Positions 1-9,108 of a DNA stretch of 64,000 bases are shown here, piece by piece. The DNA lies in the NCBI GenBank assembly GCA_018060885.1, contig JAGOVF010000001.1:2481-66480 (forward strand), given 5' to 3'. Below the pieces are notes generated by a model, which saw only the letters and a program-made list of their open reading frames with translations, had not been told where the DNA came from and made no database searches. The translations under genes were made by a program, and so were the position numbers. This stretch comes from Oligoflexales bacterium. Its GTDB lineage: Bacteria > Bdellovibrionota_B > Oligoflexia > Oligoflexales > JAGOVF01. How positions within the stretch are numbered: the stretch's first letter is position 1; each line of letters opens with the position of its first letter.

Positions 1-321
1 CTGCACATCTTCAGCTAGCATACTTTTTGAAACATCAATCGCGACGAAAATATCAACGCCTTTAGTGCGAACTTCCTGCCAGGTATAATCCCATCGTGGT
101 TGTGCGAGACTGAGAATTAAAAACAAAAAGGCCACCAGTATTAATAAAGCGCGCAGCCAAAAACGAGAGAGTTGTAATTGCGGAAAACTATAAGACCAGG
201 CACTTTTCGCGGCAAAAAGCTCTAAACGACGCAAATAATTCTTTTGCGCCCACCACAATAAAAGAGCAAGCACTGGCAGAACCCAAATCAAAAATAAATA
301 TTTATTATGTGCAAATTCCAT
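1..321 (-). CDS. BatB-like VWA-domain membrane protein, N-terminal part (gene runs off the window start)
   Basis: My own minus-strand translation from the ATG (complement of 319-321) gives MEFAHNKYLFLIWVLPVLALLLWW...RTKGVDIFVAIDVSKSMLAEDVQ. This is TM helices followed by the start of a DxSxS VWA motif. It lies directly downstream of the batA-like gene. Confidence 0.7.
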   Translation of the reverse strand, partial: MEFAHNKYLFLIWVLPVLALLLWWAQKNYLRRLELFAAKSAWSYSFPQLQLSRFWLRALLILVAFLFLILSLAQPRWDYTWQEVRTKGVDIFVAIDVSKSMLAEDVQ

Positions 322-373
322 TTAAATCTCTTCCAAAACTACGCAGTTTACTTGATTGCTCAAGTAGACTGTT

Positions 374-1369
374 TTAAGGCACCCGCCGAAAACGACTCAT
401 ATTGAAAAGCAGCTCGAAAATTAAAAAGATCAAGGCAGCCAAAGCAAAAGGCGCGTAAGCCTCATCATAGTGACGATAGATTTCTGCCTCACTTTCGCTT
501 TTCTCTAACTGATCTATCGTTTGATAAACTTGCTGTAAACTAGAGGTATCTTCAGCATTAAAATAGCGTGCCTGTGTTTGCTGTGCAATGTTCTCTAACA
601 AGGCCCGATCTACTTTAAAGCGGGCTCTTTGAATGCGGCCATACTGATCTGCAACCGGCACTATGCCATCCGTCCCCATTGCAATGGTATAGACTTTAAC
701 CTGATAAGTCTTGGCGAGTTCAATCGCGGTGGCAGGAGTGATGGAACCAGCTGTGTTCTCTCCATCGGTGAGTAAAATAATGAGGCGGCTTTTCGCTTTC
801 AAATCCTTAAGTCGCTTAATCGACGTCGCCATACCTTCGCCAATTGCTGTTTGGTCGCCAGCAACGCCGATCTCAACACCATCGAGAAAGAACTTAAGTA
901 CTTCGTGATCGTAGGTTAGAGGCGCAACTGTAAATGCATGCGTACCAAAAACAACTAAACCGAGGCGATCGTCAGGACGATGATCGATAAAGTCTGCAAG
1001 CACTTGTTTTGCAACATCTAGGCGTGTTTTGCGCTCGCCATTTAATTCAAAATCTAATGCTCGCATACTGCCCGAGGCGTCGACCGCAAGAATAATATCG
1101 AGGCCTTCAATTTTCTTGCGCGATTCACTATGCACTAGCTGAGGGCGGGCAGCGACGATTACAGCAGCGATTAAAGCCAAACTGCGCCAGAATCCACCTA
1201 AATAACTTAAAAGGTGCAGCCTTGAATGCACTAGTTTTTTTATTTGTGCTGCCTGGGAGAATTTTAAATGTGCAACTTTCGATTTCCTTGTCCAGTGCCA
1301 CCAAAGCAAGGGTAAAAGCAGCAGTAATAAAAACATCCAAGGCTCTTCAAAATGCAAGTCATGCAGCAA
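374..1369 (-). CDS. BatA-like VWA-domain membrane protein
   Basis: ORF track 374..1498. The VWA MIDAS motif ILAVDASGSM and LLTDGENTAG are present. The N-terminus HFEEPWMFLLLLLLPLLWW is typical of BatA. The listed upstream extension overlaps the preceding gene, so the start is probably TTG 1369, TTG 1357 or ATG 1336, just after the upstream stop at 1372-1374. Confidence 0.8.
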   Translation of the reverse strand: MLHDLHFEEPWMFLLLLLLPLLWWHWTRKSKVAHLKFSQAAQIKKLVHSRLHLLSYLGGFWRSLALIAAVIVAARPQLVHSESRKKIEGLDIILAVDASGSMRALDFELNGERKTRLDVAKQVLADFIDHRPDDRLGLVVFGTHAFTVAPLTYDHEVLKFFLDGVEIGVAGDQTAIGEGMATSIKRLKDLKAKSRLIILLTDGENTAGSITPATAIELAKTYQVKVYTIAMGTDGIVPVADQYGRIQRARFKVDRALLENIAQQTQARYFNAEDTSSLQQVYQTIDQLEKSESEAEIYRHYDEAYAPFALAALIFLIFELLFNMSRFRRVP

Positions 1370-1371
1370 AA

Positions 1372-2043
1372 CTATGGCTCTCCCTGCAAGTTTGAATTTA
1401 AAGCTTCTGATTTTATTGATGATGCAAGAGAAGATTGTGCGGGTGTAGAAATTGTCAGCGAAATAGGCTTTGGTATTAAATTCTTTAATAGTGCACATAA
1501 TTCTTGATGCGCAGTCTGTGCTTCTGGATAGTTTGATTTTCTATCAGCGAATTTCACCAGATCGCTCAAACTTAGAAGACTGTAAAGCTTTTGATATTTC
1601 TCCTCACTTAAAGGCAGCTTGTTTTTCAGAGGGAATTTCAGCTCACCTAAAGTCATATCTGTAGCTGGAAAATGAAAAGTGAGTTCAATGAATAAACGCG
1701 CAGCTAAACTCAAACGATAGTAATAATCCCTTTGTACTTCATAGTCAGAGAATTCTTTTGGAGGTGAAGTCTTTAAAAGCTCATCTAAGCAAGCATGGCG
1801 TAAATCTAGCGCAAAATTAACCGGAATAATTTTCACGTTTTTAGACTTTTTATGCCGCCACCAATAGACAAAAGCAAAAACTAGCAAACAAAGTAAAAAT
1901 AAAATAGCTCCCCAAAATACATAGTCAAAATAAAAAAATTCGACCAAGCCCTGCACATCATGCGGAGGTCCCTGCACGTCAGGAGTTGGCAGGGTGTTTG
2001 GCTGAATTTGTGCTTGGGCTGTCTTTAAAAAATTATCCTGCAA
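1372..2043 (-). CDS. Single-TM membrane protein, DUF4381-like by position in the Bat operon
   Basis: 223-aa ORF with one hydrophobic helix (FWGAILFLLCLLVFAFVYWW). It sits between the DUF58 and BatA genes, where DUF4381 proteins usually occur. The family assignment rests on synteny only. Confidence 0.55.
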   Translation of the reverse strand: MQDNFLKTAQAQIQPNTLPTPDVQGPPHDVQGLVEFFYFDYVFWGAILFLLCLLVFAFVYWWRHKKSKNVKIIPVNFALDLRHACLDELLKTSPPKEFSDYEVQRDYYYRLSLAARLFIELTFHFPATDMTLGELKFPLKNKLPLSEEKYQKLYSLLSLSDLVKFADRKSNYPEAQTAHQELCALLKNLIPKPISLTISTPAQSSLASSIKSEALNSNLQGEP

Positions 2044-2911
2044 GCTCTCGCCTCCGCAGATAACGCACTAAGACTGGAACTGCCGGCTCATTGGTATTCA
2101 CTGTAAATTGATTGACGTTATATCTTCGAAGCATTTCTTTGGTATATTTTTTGGTCAGCATGATTTGTTCGTTATGTTTTTTTTGGAATTCTCGTGAAGA
2201 CGTATCGACCAAAACATACTCGCCGCTTTCAAGGTCTTTTAGTTGCACGACGCCAATTTTCGGAACTTGTTGTTCGTTTGGATCTTCTATAGAAATACAA
2301 GTCAAGTCATAACGCCGCGCCGCCAGCATGATACTTTTTTCATAGGAATCCGCCATAAAGTCGGACAAGAGAAAACAAGTCGCTTTTCTTTTTTGGACCT
2401 TTAATAAAAAACTTAAAGCCGCATTTATATCTGTTCTACCGGCGGCAGAATCGCGACTCAAAATCTGCCTAATAATATTCCAAACGTGGGCACGGCCTTT
2501 TTTTGGTGGTATGTAATGCTCGACCTTATCGCTGAACAAAAGAATTCCGACTTTATCGTTGTTCCTAATCGCCAAATAAGCCAGCAAAGCCGCAAGTTCT
2601 GCAGCAATAGAAATCTTTTGCCGCTTTCGTGAAGTAAAATGCAAAGATCCGCTGACATCTACCAACAACATAATCGTCAATTCGCGTTCTTCGCGGAAAA
2701 CTTTCACAAAAGGCTTTTGCATTTTTGCTGTCACGTTCCAATCGATCGCTCTCACATCGTCGCCCGGAACATATTCGCGAACTTCTTCAAACTCCATACC
2801 AATGCCGCGAAACGCGCTGGCATACTCACCCGACAATGCAGAATTAGCCAAATAACCGGCTTTTATTTGCACTTCTTTAATCTGACGAATGAGCTCGGCG
2901 TCGAGTATCAA
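2033..2911 (-). CDS. DUF58 domain protein (MoxR partner)
   Basis: Motifs VREYVPGDDVRAIDWNVTAK and LLVDVSGS. It overlaps the moxR stop by 4 nt, as in operons. Confidence 0.85.
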   Translation of the reverse strand: MILDAELIRQIKEVQIKAGYLANSALSGEYASAFRGIGMEFEEVREYVPGDDVRAIDWNVTAKMQKPFVKVFREERELTIMLLVDVSGSLHFTSRKRQKISIAAELAALLAYLAIRNNDKVGILLFSDKVEHYIPPKKGRAHVWNIIRQILSRDSAAGRTDINAALSFLLKVQKRKATCFLLSDFMADSYEKSIMLAARRYDLTCISIEDPNEQQVPKIGVVQLKDLESGEYVLVDTSSREFQKKHNEQIMLTKKYTKEMLRRYNVNQFTVNTNEPAVPVLVRYLRRRELAG

Positions 2912-3906
2912 GGTACGTCCACTCCTTCAAGCAGCCTTGTCACTATATGATCCGTGCTAATATTATCTGCTTCTGCCTCAAAGGTTGGAGTGATGCGGTG
3001 GCGCAGTACATCGAGTGCGACGCTTTTAACATCTTGAGGAGTGACAAAACTACGGCCCTCAAACAAGGCATTTGCCCTTGCGGCTTTTTCGAGAAAGATC
3101 GATGCCCGCGGGCTCGCGCCAATTTCAATGAGTTTTTCGAGTTCCTTCAAACGTGCTCGCGGTTCTCGAGTCGCGAAAACCAAATCGACAATATAAGTAC
3201 GCACTTTATCGGCGACGTGGATTGATAATAATGCTTGCTGCATTTCTAATAGTATATTCGCATCAATAACGGCATTGATACTTACTTGCGATTTTTGCAT
3301 AGCGCGCCGCATAATTTCAACCTCATCGACCGCCGAGCCATAACTCACTTTGACTTTAAATAAAAATCGGTCTACCTGCGCCTCAGGTAAAGGGTAGGTG
3401 CCTTCTTGCTCGATGGGGTTTTGCGTGGCTAATACCATAAACGGCTTATCAAGAATAAAGGTCTGGTCACCTAAAGTGACTTGTTGTTCTTGCATACATT
3501 CGAGTAGAGCTGACTGAACTTTTGCGGGGGCGCGATTGATTTCATCAGCTAATAAAAGATTGGTAAAAACTGGGCCTTTTTTGACTTTGAAATCGCCACT
3601 TTTGGGCTCATAAATCTGAGTTCCCAACACATCTGCTGGTAACAAATCTGGAGTAAATTGTATGCGCTTAAAAGCAAGATGGCAGGTCTGAGCTAGGGCG
3701 TTTATTGTTGTCGTTTTTGCCAAGCCTGGCAAACCTTCTAATAATACATGCCCGCCACAAATTAAAGCCATCAATAAACGATCGCTTACAGCGTCTTGAC
3801 CGACTATTTTCTTTTTAATTTCCTGGCGCACTTGTTGAATCTTTTCGCCAAAACGCAGCAATGTCTTTTCAAACTCAGGACTAACAGTGTCTACAATCTG
3901 ATTCAT
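2908..3906 (-). CDS. MoxR-family AAA+ ATPase
   Basis: Walker A GLPGLAKT, Walker B LLADEINRA, and VLATQNPIEQEGTYPLPEAQVDRF. RBS AGAGGA lies upstream of the ATG. Confidence 0.9.
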   Translation of the reverse strand: MNQIVDTVSPEFEKTLLRFGEKIQQVRQEIKKKIVGQDAVSDRLLMALICGGHVLLEGLPGLAKTTTINALAQTCHLAFKRIQFTPDLLPADVLGTQIYEPKSGDFKVKKGPVFTNLLLADEINRAPAKVQSALLECMQEQQVTLGDQTFILDKPFMVLATQNPIEQEGTYPLPEAQVDRFLFKVKVSYGSAVDEVEIMRRAMQKSQVSINAVIDANILLEMQQALLSIHVADKVRTYIVDLVFATREPRARLKELEKLIEIGASPRASIFLEKAARANALFEGRSFVTPQDVKSVALDVLRHRITPTFEAEADNISTDHIVTRLLEGVDVP

Positions 3907-3997
3907 GAAAATCCTCTAAGCAAAATGAGCTCAAATACAAAATTTAAGCTTATTTTAGACAAACTCAGAGGAAAGACAAGTATCCAGTTGCATGAGA

Positions 3998-4987
3998 TTA
4001 TTGTAGGAGGCGTAATCCCTGCAAATAGCCGGGTACTGCGTTGCGCGATTGGTAGTAACTACTACTTAGAGATAGCCCTTGTTGCGACTTAATGGTAGGA
4101 GATTCTTCGCTATTGCCCAAAACGCTATAAGGTGCAACTTTTGAGTTTGCATCATAAGGCGTTGAGCTATTATGCAGCATCATTCCTGGGGAGCTAAAAA
4201 TAAAGCCTGTTTCTAGGATCGACAAATCATTTTGAATTTGTGTATTTTGCATTTCAGCACTTTGCCCTCGCAAAATTGCAGAGCTCTCACTAAAAACCAC
4301 AGCCTTTGCAGGAGCACTTAAAACTTGTAAGTAAGCTTTTTGTCTGCCGATCGCTAAATCTTCAATTTTAAATTGATCATTTTCCTGATTAAAGCTTACT
4401 TTTTGCAGCGAATTTTTCGCGCTTATTTCTTTTAGAGCTCCGTCATCATCTGGCATAAGAAGTGCCAAAACATAAGAGCGGGCAGAATCCAATTTTGAAA
4501 GATTTGCTAGAACGATGTCAATTGTTATACCCGCATCTGAAAAATCGACAGGTAACAGATTAGAAGACGAACTTAATAAACTAAAATTAATTTCATAAGC
4601 CATAGATACAACTTCTAAGTCTTCCTCTAACAAATCACTAAAAATTTTTTTTACAATTCTATGCGTCGAATTATTTTCAAGCATAAGCGGTTCAACTTGC
4701 AAAACGCCATCTTCAAATGGCCAATTGCTTACATTGATCACAAAATCAACTTGTGAATCTCCGACTTGCAGCTGTCTAAGCTGCTCATCGCCGTAAGGAT
4801 CACCATGTTGGTTGATTAATAGGCTGCGCTCTCCATTGATGGGAGTCATAGCATCCGATTCCCCGCTATTGTTTGTGGAGCCCTTACATGAAGAAGCAAG
4901 AATTAGATAAAATATAATTTTGTGTTTATTTGAGATCACGGAAGCGCTCCTTGCCTTATTACTTTTTTTGTAACATTCAAAATTCAA
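3998..4987 (-). CDS. Secreted protein or probable lipoprotein, function unknown
   Basis: 329-aa ORF. The N-terminal hydrophobic segment ends in ...LILASSCKG. No recognisable catalytic motif. Confidence 0.6.
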   Translation of the reverse strand: MNFECYKKSNKARSASVISNKHKIIFYLILASSCKGSTNNSGESDAMTPINGERSLLINQHGDPYGDEQLRQLQVGDSQVDFVINVSNWPFEDGVLQVEPLMLENNSTHRIVKKIFSDLLEEDLEVVSMAYEINFSLLSSSSNLLPVDFSDAGITIDIVLANLSKLDSARSYVLALLMPDDDGALKEISAKNSLQKVSFNQENDQFKIEDLAIGRQKAYLQVLSAPAKAVVFSESSAILRGQSAEMQNTQIQNDLSILETGFIFSSPGMMLHNSSTPYDANSKVAPYSVLGNSEESPTIKSQQGLSLSSSYYQSRNAVPGYLQGLRLLQ

Positions 4988-5076
4988 TTCGGAGCTTCGG
5001 GAAATAACTTTAGCGAAATGGCAATAAATTATTTTTTTAGCTATTTTTTTCGAATGCTATTTACTGTTCGTTTATG

Positions 5077-5117
5077 CCGAGCCTAGCCACGCTTTCTAAA
5101 GTAACTCTCAGAGAAGC
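5077..5117 (+). repeat. Motif D, copy 1 (41 nt; 36/41 identical to 23284-23324)
   Basis: ccgagcctagccacgctttctaaagtaactctcagagaagc versus ccaagcctcgccatgctttctaaagtaactctcagaaaaac. Each copy is followed by a small hairpin. Confidence 0.7.
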
Positions 5118-5283
5118 TGTTTGTATCACACAGCTTTAGATATACGAATCACGTTTAACACAGTCATTCTTGTTAGAACATTTAGTATGGAAGAGTGCAG
5201 CACGGAGAATCTGGTGCTAAGGAGTAAGTTAAAAAACAAAGCAGAACGTGTTGCGAATATTATGCACCCAGAACTGAAGCTTA

Positions 5284-5429
5284 CTTATGTAATAAGACCT
5301 GACTTGTCTTAGCCGCCAGAGGAACTGGTGAGGGCAGGACGCCCGAACCGGTAGCGATAATTTTGCCATGGATGGCATAAAAATTGAGCGGTCCTCTGGC
5401 GGCTAAGACAAGTCAGGCTTATTACATAA
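5284..5429 (+). repeat. Family A structured repeat, copy A1 (84-nt conserved core 5316-5399 on a 30-bp copy-specific stem)
   Basis: The core is CCAGAGGAACTGGTGAGGGCAGGACGCCCGAACCGGTAGCGATAATTTTGCCATGGATGGCATAAAAATTGAGCGGTCCTCTGG. Arm 5285-5315 pairs with 5400-5429, with one bulged A at 5297. The element lies 56 nt downstream of the stop of the minus-strand gene 5485..6873. Confidence 0.85.
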
Positions 5430-5484
5430 ATGAAAATCGATTAAATATGTGAACTACCCAGAAATTAATTTATTGATTTTTAAT

Positions 5485-6873
5485 TTAGCTAAAAATCGTC
5501 TCTTCGAGGCCAAAATCATCGAAGCCTTCAAGATTATTTTTATTTCCCGCAGATTGGGATTGAGAGTCTTCAGAAAAATCATCTTCAAAAGGTGATGGTA
5601 TAGTTTGGCCACTCGGTGTTCCGGCAATACGTTCTTCTACACCTTCAATCGTGTAAGTCATATCGCCTTGTTTTTTGCGTGAGTCATCCGAAACGATCGT
5701 ATAACCACTTCGTTTGATAATGCGATCCATCTGATCTAAATTGGCTTGCGCCACACTATAGTCTGGATCGCTGCGACAGGCACTTTCAAAACAAATCTTT
5801 GCATTCTGCGGATCTTTTTGTCGGCGATAACCGACACCCATATTAAAAAAGAGCTTAGCTTGGGTGCGTGGGCTTTTATCGCCAACAGCGTTGATGGCAG
5901 CATCATAAAGTTTCATACCGGCATCGAAATTTCCACGTCGAATTAGCATCACTGCGGAAGAATTAAACATCGCCGCAAGCTCGACTGGAGAAACTGAACC
6001 TTGCACGATTTCTAAGGCTTCGTTAATCTCGCCATCCATCAGCCGAACTTTACCTTTGCCTTGTAAAGCCTCTTTGTTATTAGAGTCTAGAGCCAATGCA
6101 TTATCAAAAGCTTCAGCGGCCTTTTCATTTTTGCCTACATTGAGCAAAACTTCCCCAAGGCCAACGAGCTTTTCTGGATCAAATGGATTAAGCAAAGTGA
6201 TTTTTGAGTAAATTGCCTCAGCTTCCTTATAAATACCAACTTTCATGAGAGATCTAGCATAAATGTGCAGATATTTAATATTTGGCGGATTCATTTCTGG
6301 AAGCGGCGTTAAGATTTTTAAAGCTTCTTTTGCCAAACCATCTTGGAAATAGGACTCTGCAAGCTCAGCTCTTAAATAAAGGCTGTCTGGATTTTTATCA
6401 CAGAGATCTGTCAAGATGCGTTTCATCCCGGTAAAATCTTGCGCAATCCGTGCTCGCTGCACCCGTGTCAAATCATCCTTAAAAGCAGACCGCGCAGTGC
6501 CTCGACGAATGGTGTGACCTAAATTTGAAGCCAGTTCTTTTGCTTCATAAGCACCAATATGTATTTGTGTTACACCAAATTCCAGCGCAACAGAAATTAA
6601 ACTATCACTCATTTGTAAACTTGCTAATAAAATGGGTCGAGATGCTAAGCCACCTAAAAATACACATTTTTTCAGAATGCGAACACAAGCCGCCTCGTCA
6701 CCGTTCCAATCCAAAACAAAAAGACCGGTAGGAAAACGTTCAACACTATAAAGGGCATCATTAACAGAGCTTTGCTCGACAATGTTACTAATGGCTTTAA
6801 GCTGCAGCTGATTGCGCACAACTTCAGCAAACTGCTTGTCGCTACTAAAAATTATTGCGTCTACTACTGCCAT
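5485..6873 (-). CDS. TPR-repeat protein with an N-terminal CheY-like (possibly pseudo-) receiver domain
   Basis: The N-terminal ~120 aa look receiver-like (..GLFVLDWNGDE..) but lack the usual N-terminal acidic pair. The middle has multiple TPR-like AxxxYxxAL repeats. The tail is acidic. Confidence 0.65.
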   Translation of the reverse strand: MAVVDAIIFSSDKQFAEVVRNQLQLKAISNIVEQSSVNDALYSVERFPTGLFVLDWNGDEAACVRILKKCVFLGGLASRPILLASLQMSDSLISVALEFGVTQIHIGAYEAKELASNLGHTIRRGTARSAFKDDLTRVQRARIAQDFTGMKRILTDLCDKNPDSLYLRAELAESYFQDGLAKEALKILTPLPEMNPPNIKYLHIYARSLMKVGIYKEAEAIYSKITLLNPFDPEKLVGLGEVLLNVGKNEKAAEAFDNALALDSNNKEALQGKGKVRLMDGEINEALEIVQGSVSPVELAAMFNSSAVMLIRRGNFDAGMKLYDAAINAVGDKSPRTQAKLFFNMGVGYRRQKDPQNAKICFESACRSDPDYSVAQANLDQMDRIIKRSGYTIVSDDSRKKQGDMTYTIEGVEERIAGTPSGQTIPSPFEDDFSEDSQSQSAGNKNNLEGFDDFGLEETIFS

Positions 6874-7042
6874 TTTTTAACCAACCTTAATTCAACTCAA
6901 ACTAAGCTACTTTAGAGTTTAGCTTTAAAAAATTAAAAGTCTTCAGACGGCTAACCCTAAGATGGCGCATCGGCAAATTTAGTAAAAACTAAAGGAAATT
7001 TAGGGGCCCAGATGCGGGCTGAAATAAAATTTATGAAATCAG

Positions 7043-8035
7043 CTAGTTATCACTATACAAATGGCAAGCGACTTGGTGAATATTATCGACCCCGAGACTG
7101 TTAGTCTTAGGTACTGTAAGCTCCGGAACCCTGGTTCGGCAGAGATCCATAACTTTTGGGCAACGCGTATGAAAAGGACAACCCGCCGGAGGGTTGCGAG
7201 GAGAAGGGACATCACCTCGAAGTATGATACGTTGAGTTTTTTTTCTTTTAGGATCGGGCTCGGGTATAGCCGAAATAAGTGCCTCAGTGTAAGGATGAAG
7301 GGGCTTATTATAAAGCTCTTCGGAACTTGCAAATTCGACGACCTTGCCTAAATACATCACTGCTATTTTATCAGAAATATGTTTTACCACTGCGAGATCA
7401 TGCGCGATGAAGATGTAGGCTACGCCCATTTCTTTTTGAATATCTAAGAGTAGGTTTAATATCTGCGATTGAATCGAAACATCAAGAGCAGAGACAGCTT
7501 CATCACAAACGATTAATTTTGGTTTTAAAGCTATAGCCCGCGCAATACCAATACGCTGTCTTTGGCCACCGGAAAATTCATGTGGAAAGCGCGCAGTAGA
7601 AGATGCGGGTAGTCCGACTTTTTCTAACAAGCGCTCAACCATCTCGACGCGTTCACTTTCTTTGCCGATATTATGGATGTCAAAAGGCTCGCGCAAAATA
7701 TCGCCTACCGAAAGCCGAGAATTGAGTGATTCAAAAGGATCTTGAAAAATAACCTGCATTTCGCGCCTGAGTTTGCGCAATTCTTTTTCGCTGCGTTCAG
7801 TTAGTTCGATACCATCGAAAACTACTTTTCCTGAACTTGGTCGATACAACTGCAAAATCGCGCGTCCGACCGTGGTCTTGCCACAACCAGACTCGCCAAC
7901 TAATCCTATTGTTTCGCCGGCAGAGACAGAAAAAGATACGCCATCTGCTGCATAGACGGTTCCAACACGACGGTAAAATATTCCACCGTGGACGGGAAAA
8001 TGAACTTTCAAATCTTTAACTTCTAAGAGGCTCAT
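7043..8035 (-). CDS. Peptide ABC transporter ATP-binding protein (OppF/DppF-like; second half of a split YejF)
   Basis: Walker [10 protein letters not shown], signature FSGGQRQR, Walker [13 protein letters not shown], and the C-terminal oligopeptide-type extension (HPYT...CPF..RC). Confidence 0.9.
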   Translation of the reverse strand: MSLLEVKDLKVHFPVHGGIFYRRVGTVYAADGVSFSVSAGETIGLVGESGCGKTTVGRAILQLYRPSSGKVVFDGIELTERSEKELRKLRREMQVIFQDPFESLNSRLSVGDILREPFDIHNIGKESERVEMVERLLEKVGLPASSTARFPHEFSGGQRQRIGIARAIALKPKLIVCDEAVSALDVSIQSQILNLLLDIQKEMGVAYIFIAHDLAVVKHISDKIAVMYLGKVVEFASSEELYNKPLHPYTEALISAIPEPDPKRKKTQRIILRGDVPSPRNPPAGCPFHTRCPKVMDLCRTRVPELTVPKTNSLGVDNIHQVACHLYSDN

Positions 8036-9108
8036 TAAGTTATTACCTTAACATCATTTATTTTTGCTTTAGCGTCCTTTATTTTTGACTTAGCTTCATT
8101 TATTAATGCCTTATCGGAGCTAATTTTTTGCCAATGATGGCACGCCGTCGCATGGCCTATATTGATAGTTTCTAATTCAGGATTTTTCTCGCGGCAAATG
8201 CTTGTCGCATGTGGGCAACGGTTTTCATAACGGCAGCCACGTGGCCAATCAAAAATCGACGGAACCATGCCGGCAATTGTTGGAAGTACTGTTTTCGGTG
8301 TGCTATCGAGGCGCGGAATGGAGCGCAATAAACCATGCGTATAAGGATGACAGGGATTGCTAAAGACTTGATCGACTGAGCCCGATTCGACGACACGCCC
8401 CGCATACATAACAAGCACTTCATCGCTGATTTCCGCGATAACACCAAGGTCATGAGTGATAAAAATCACCGCCATGCCGCTGTCTTTTTGTAACTGGTGA
8501 ATCAACTCAAGAATCTGTGCTTGTATCGTGACATCGAGCGCAGTTGTAGGTTCATCAGCGATTAAGATTTTGGGTTCACAAGCTAAAGCAATGGCAATCA
8601 TGACCCTTTGCCGCATACCGCCCGAGAGCTGGTGCGGATAGGCATCAAGCTTGCCCGCAGGATCAGGAATACCGACTTTTTCCAGCATGGCGATAGAAGC
8701 ACTATGAACCTCCTTAGAGGACATTTTTGGAAAATGTAGCTCATAAACTTCACCTAATTGCCGCGCAATTTTCTGCACGGGATTAAGCGCCGTCATCGGC
8801 TCTTGAAAAATCATGGCAATTTCTTTGCCACGGATTTTAGGCAAACGACTCGCGGGCAAAGTTGCGATATTCTCACCTTGGTAGTTTATCTCACCAGCGT
8901 CAATATGACCGGCTGGTTGTGGAAGTAAACGCATCAACGACAAGGTCGAAACACTTTTGCCACAACCCGACTCCCCGACTATGCCTAAGACTTTACCTTT
9001 ACGAACTTGAAAGCTAACGCCATCAACCGCACGCGCTGTACCCTGCTCAGTCTTAAATGAAATCGTTAGATTTTTTACATCAAGAAGTATCTCGTTGTCG
9101 ATCGCCAC
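8035..9108 (-). CDS. Peptide ABC transporter ATP-binding protein (OppD/DppD-like; first half of a split YejF)
   Basis: Walker A GESGCGKS, signature LSGGMRQR, and [11 protein letters not shown]. It carries an unusual K-rich 7-aa-repeat tail. Confidence 0.9.
   Translation of the reverse strand: MAIDNEILLDVKNLTISFKTEQGTARAVDGVSFQVRKGKVLGIVGESGCGKSVSTLSLMRLLPQPAGHIDAGEINYQGENIATLPASRLPKIRGKEIAMIFQEPMTALNPVQKIARQLGEVYELHFPKMSSKEVHSASIAMLEKVGIPDPAGKLDAYPHQLSGGMRQRVMIAIALACEPKILIADEPTTALDVTIQAQILELIHQLQKDSGMAVIFITHDLGVIAEISDEVLVMYAGRVVESGSVDQVFSNPCHPYTHGLLRSIPRLDSTPKTVLPTIAGMVPSIFDWPRGCRYENRCPHATSICREKNPELETINIGHATACHHWQKISSDKALINEAKSKIKDAKAKINDVKVIT

Noticed and set aside
3205-3220. GCCGATAA word (minus strand) inside moxR as a sigma28 promoter
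   Set aside because: It is internal to a CDS, has no TAAA at N15 spacing, and no flagellar gene lies downstream.
5121-5312. Track ORF 5121..5312 (+, 63 aa)
   Set aside because: It lies in the diverged spacer of the composite repeat. The homologous spacer at 23325-23493 does not keep the frame, and there is no RBS.
5316-5399. Family A core as a cobalamin or TPP riboswitch (two copies lie beside a BtuFCD-type importer; GGTGAGGG and GAACCGGTAGCGATAAT vaguely recall riboswitch words)
   Set aside because: The copies lie downstream of genes, not in 5' leaders. I see no B12 box or CUGAGA element. The element is multi-copy with variable long stems, and the helices do not match either riboswitch architecture.
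5316-5399. Family A core as a hammerhead-type or other three-way-junction self-cleaving ribozyme
   Set aside because: The junction strands are AGCGAU and GAGCGG. The CUGAUGA/GAAA hammerhead core is absent, and I cannot match other ribozyme cores by eye. The question is left open only in the sense that a cmscan should be run.
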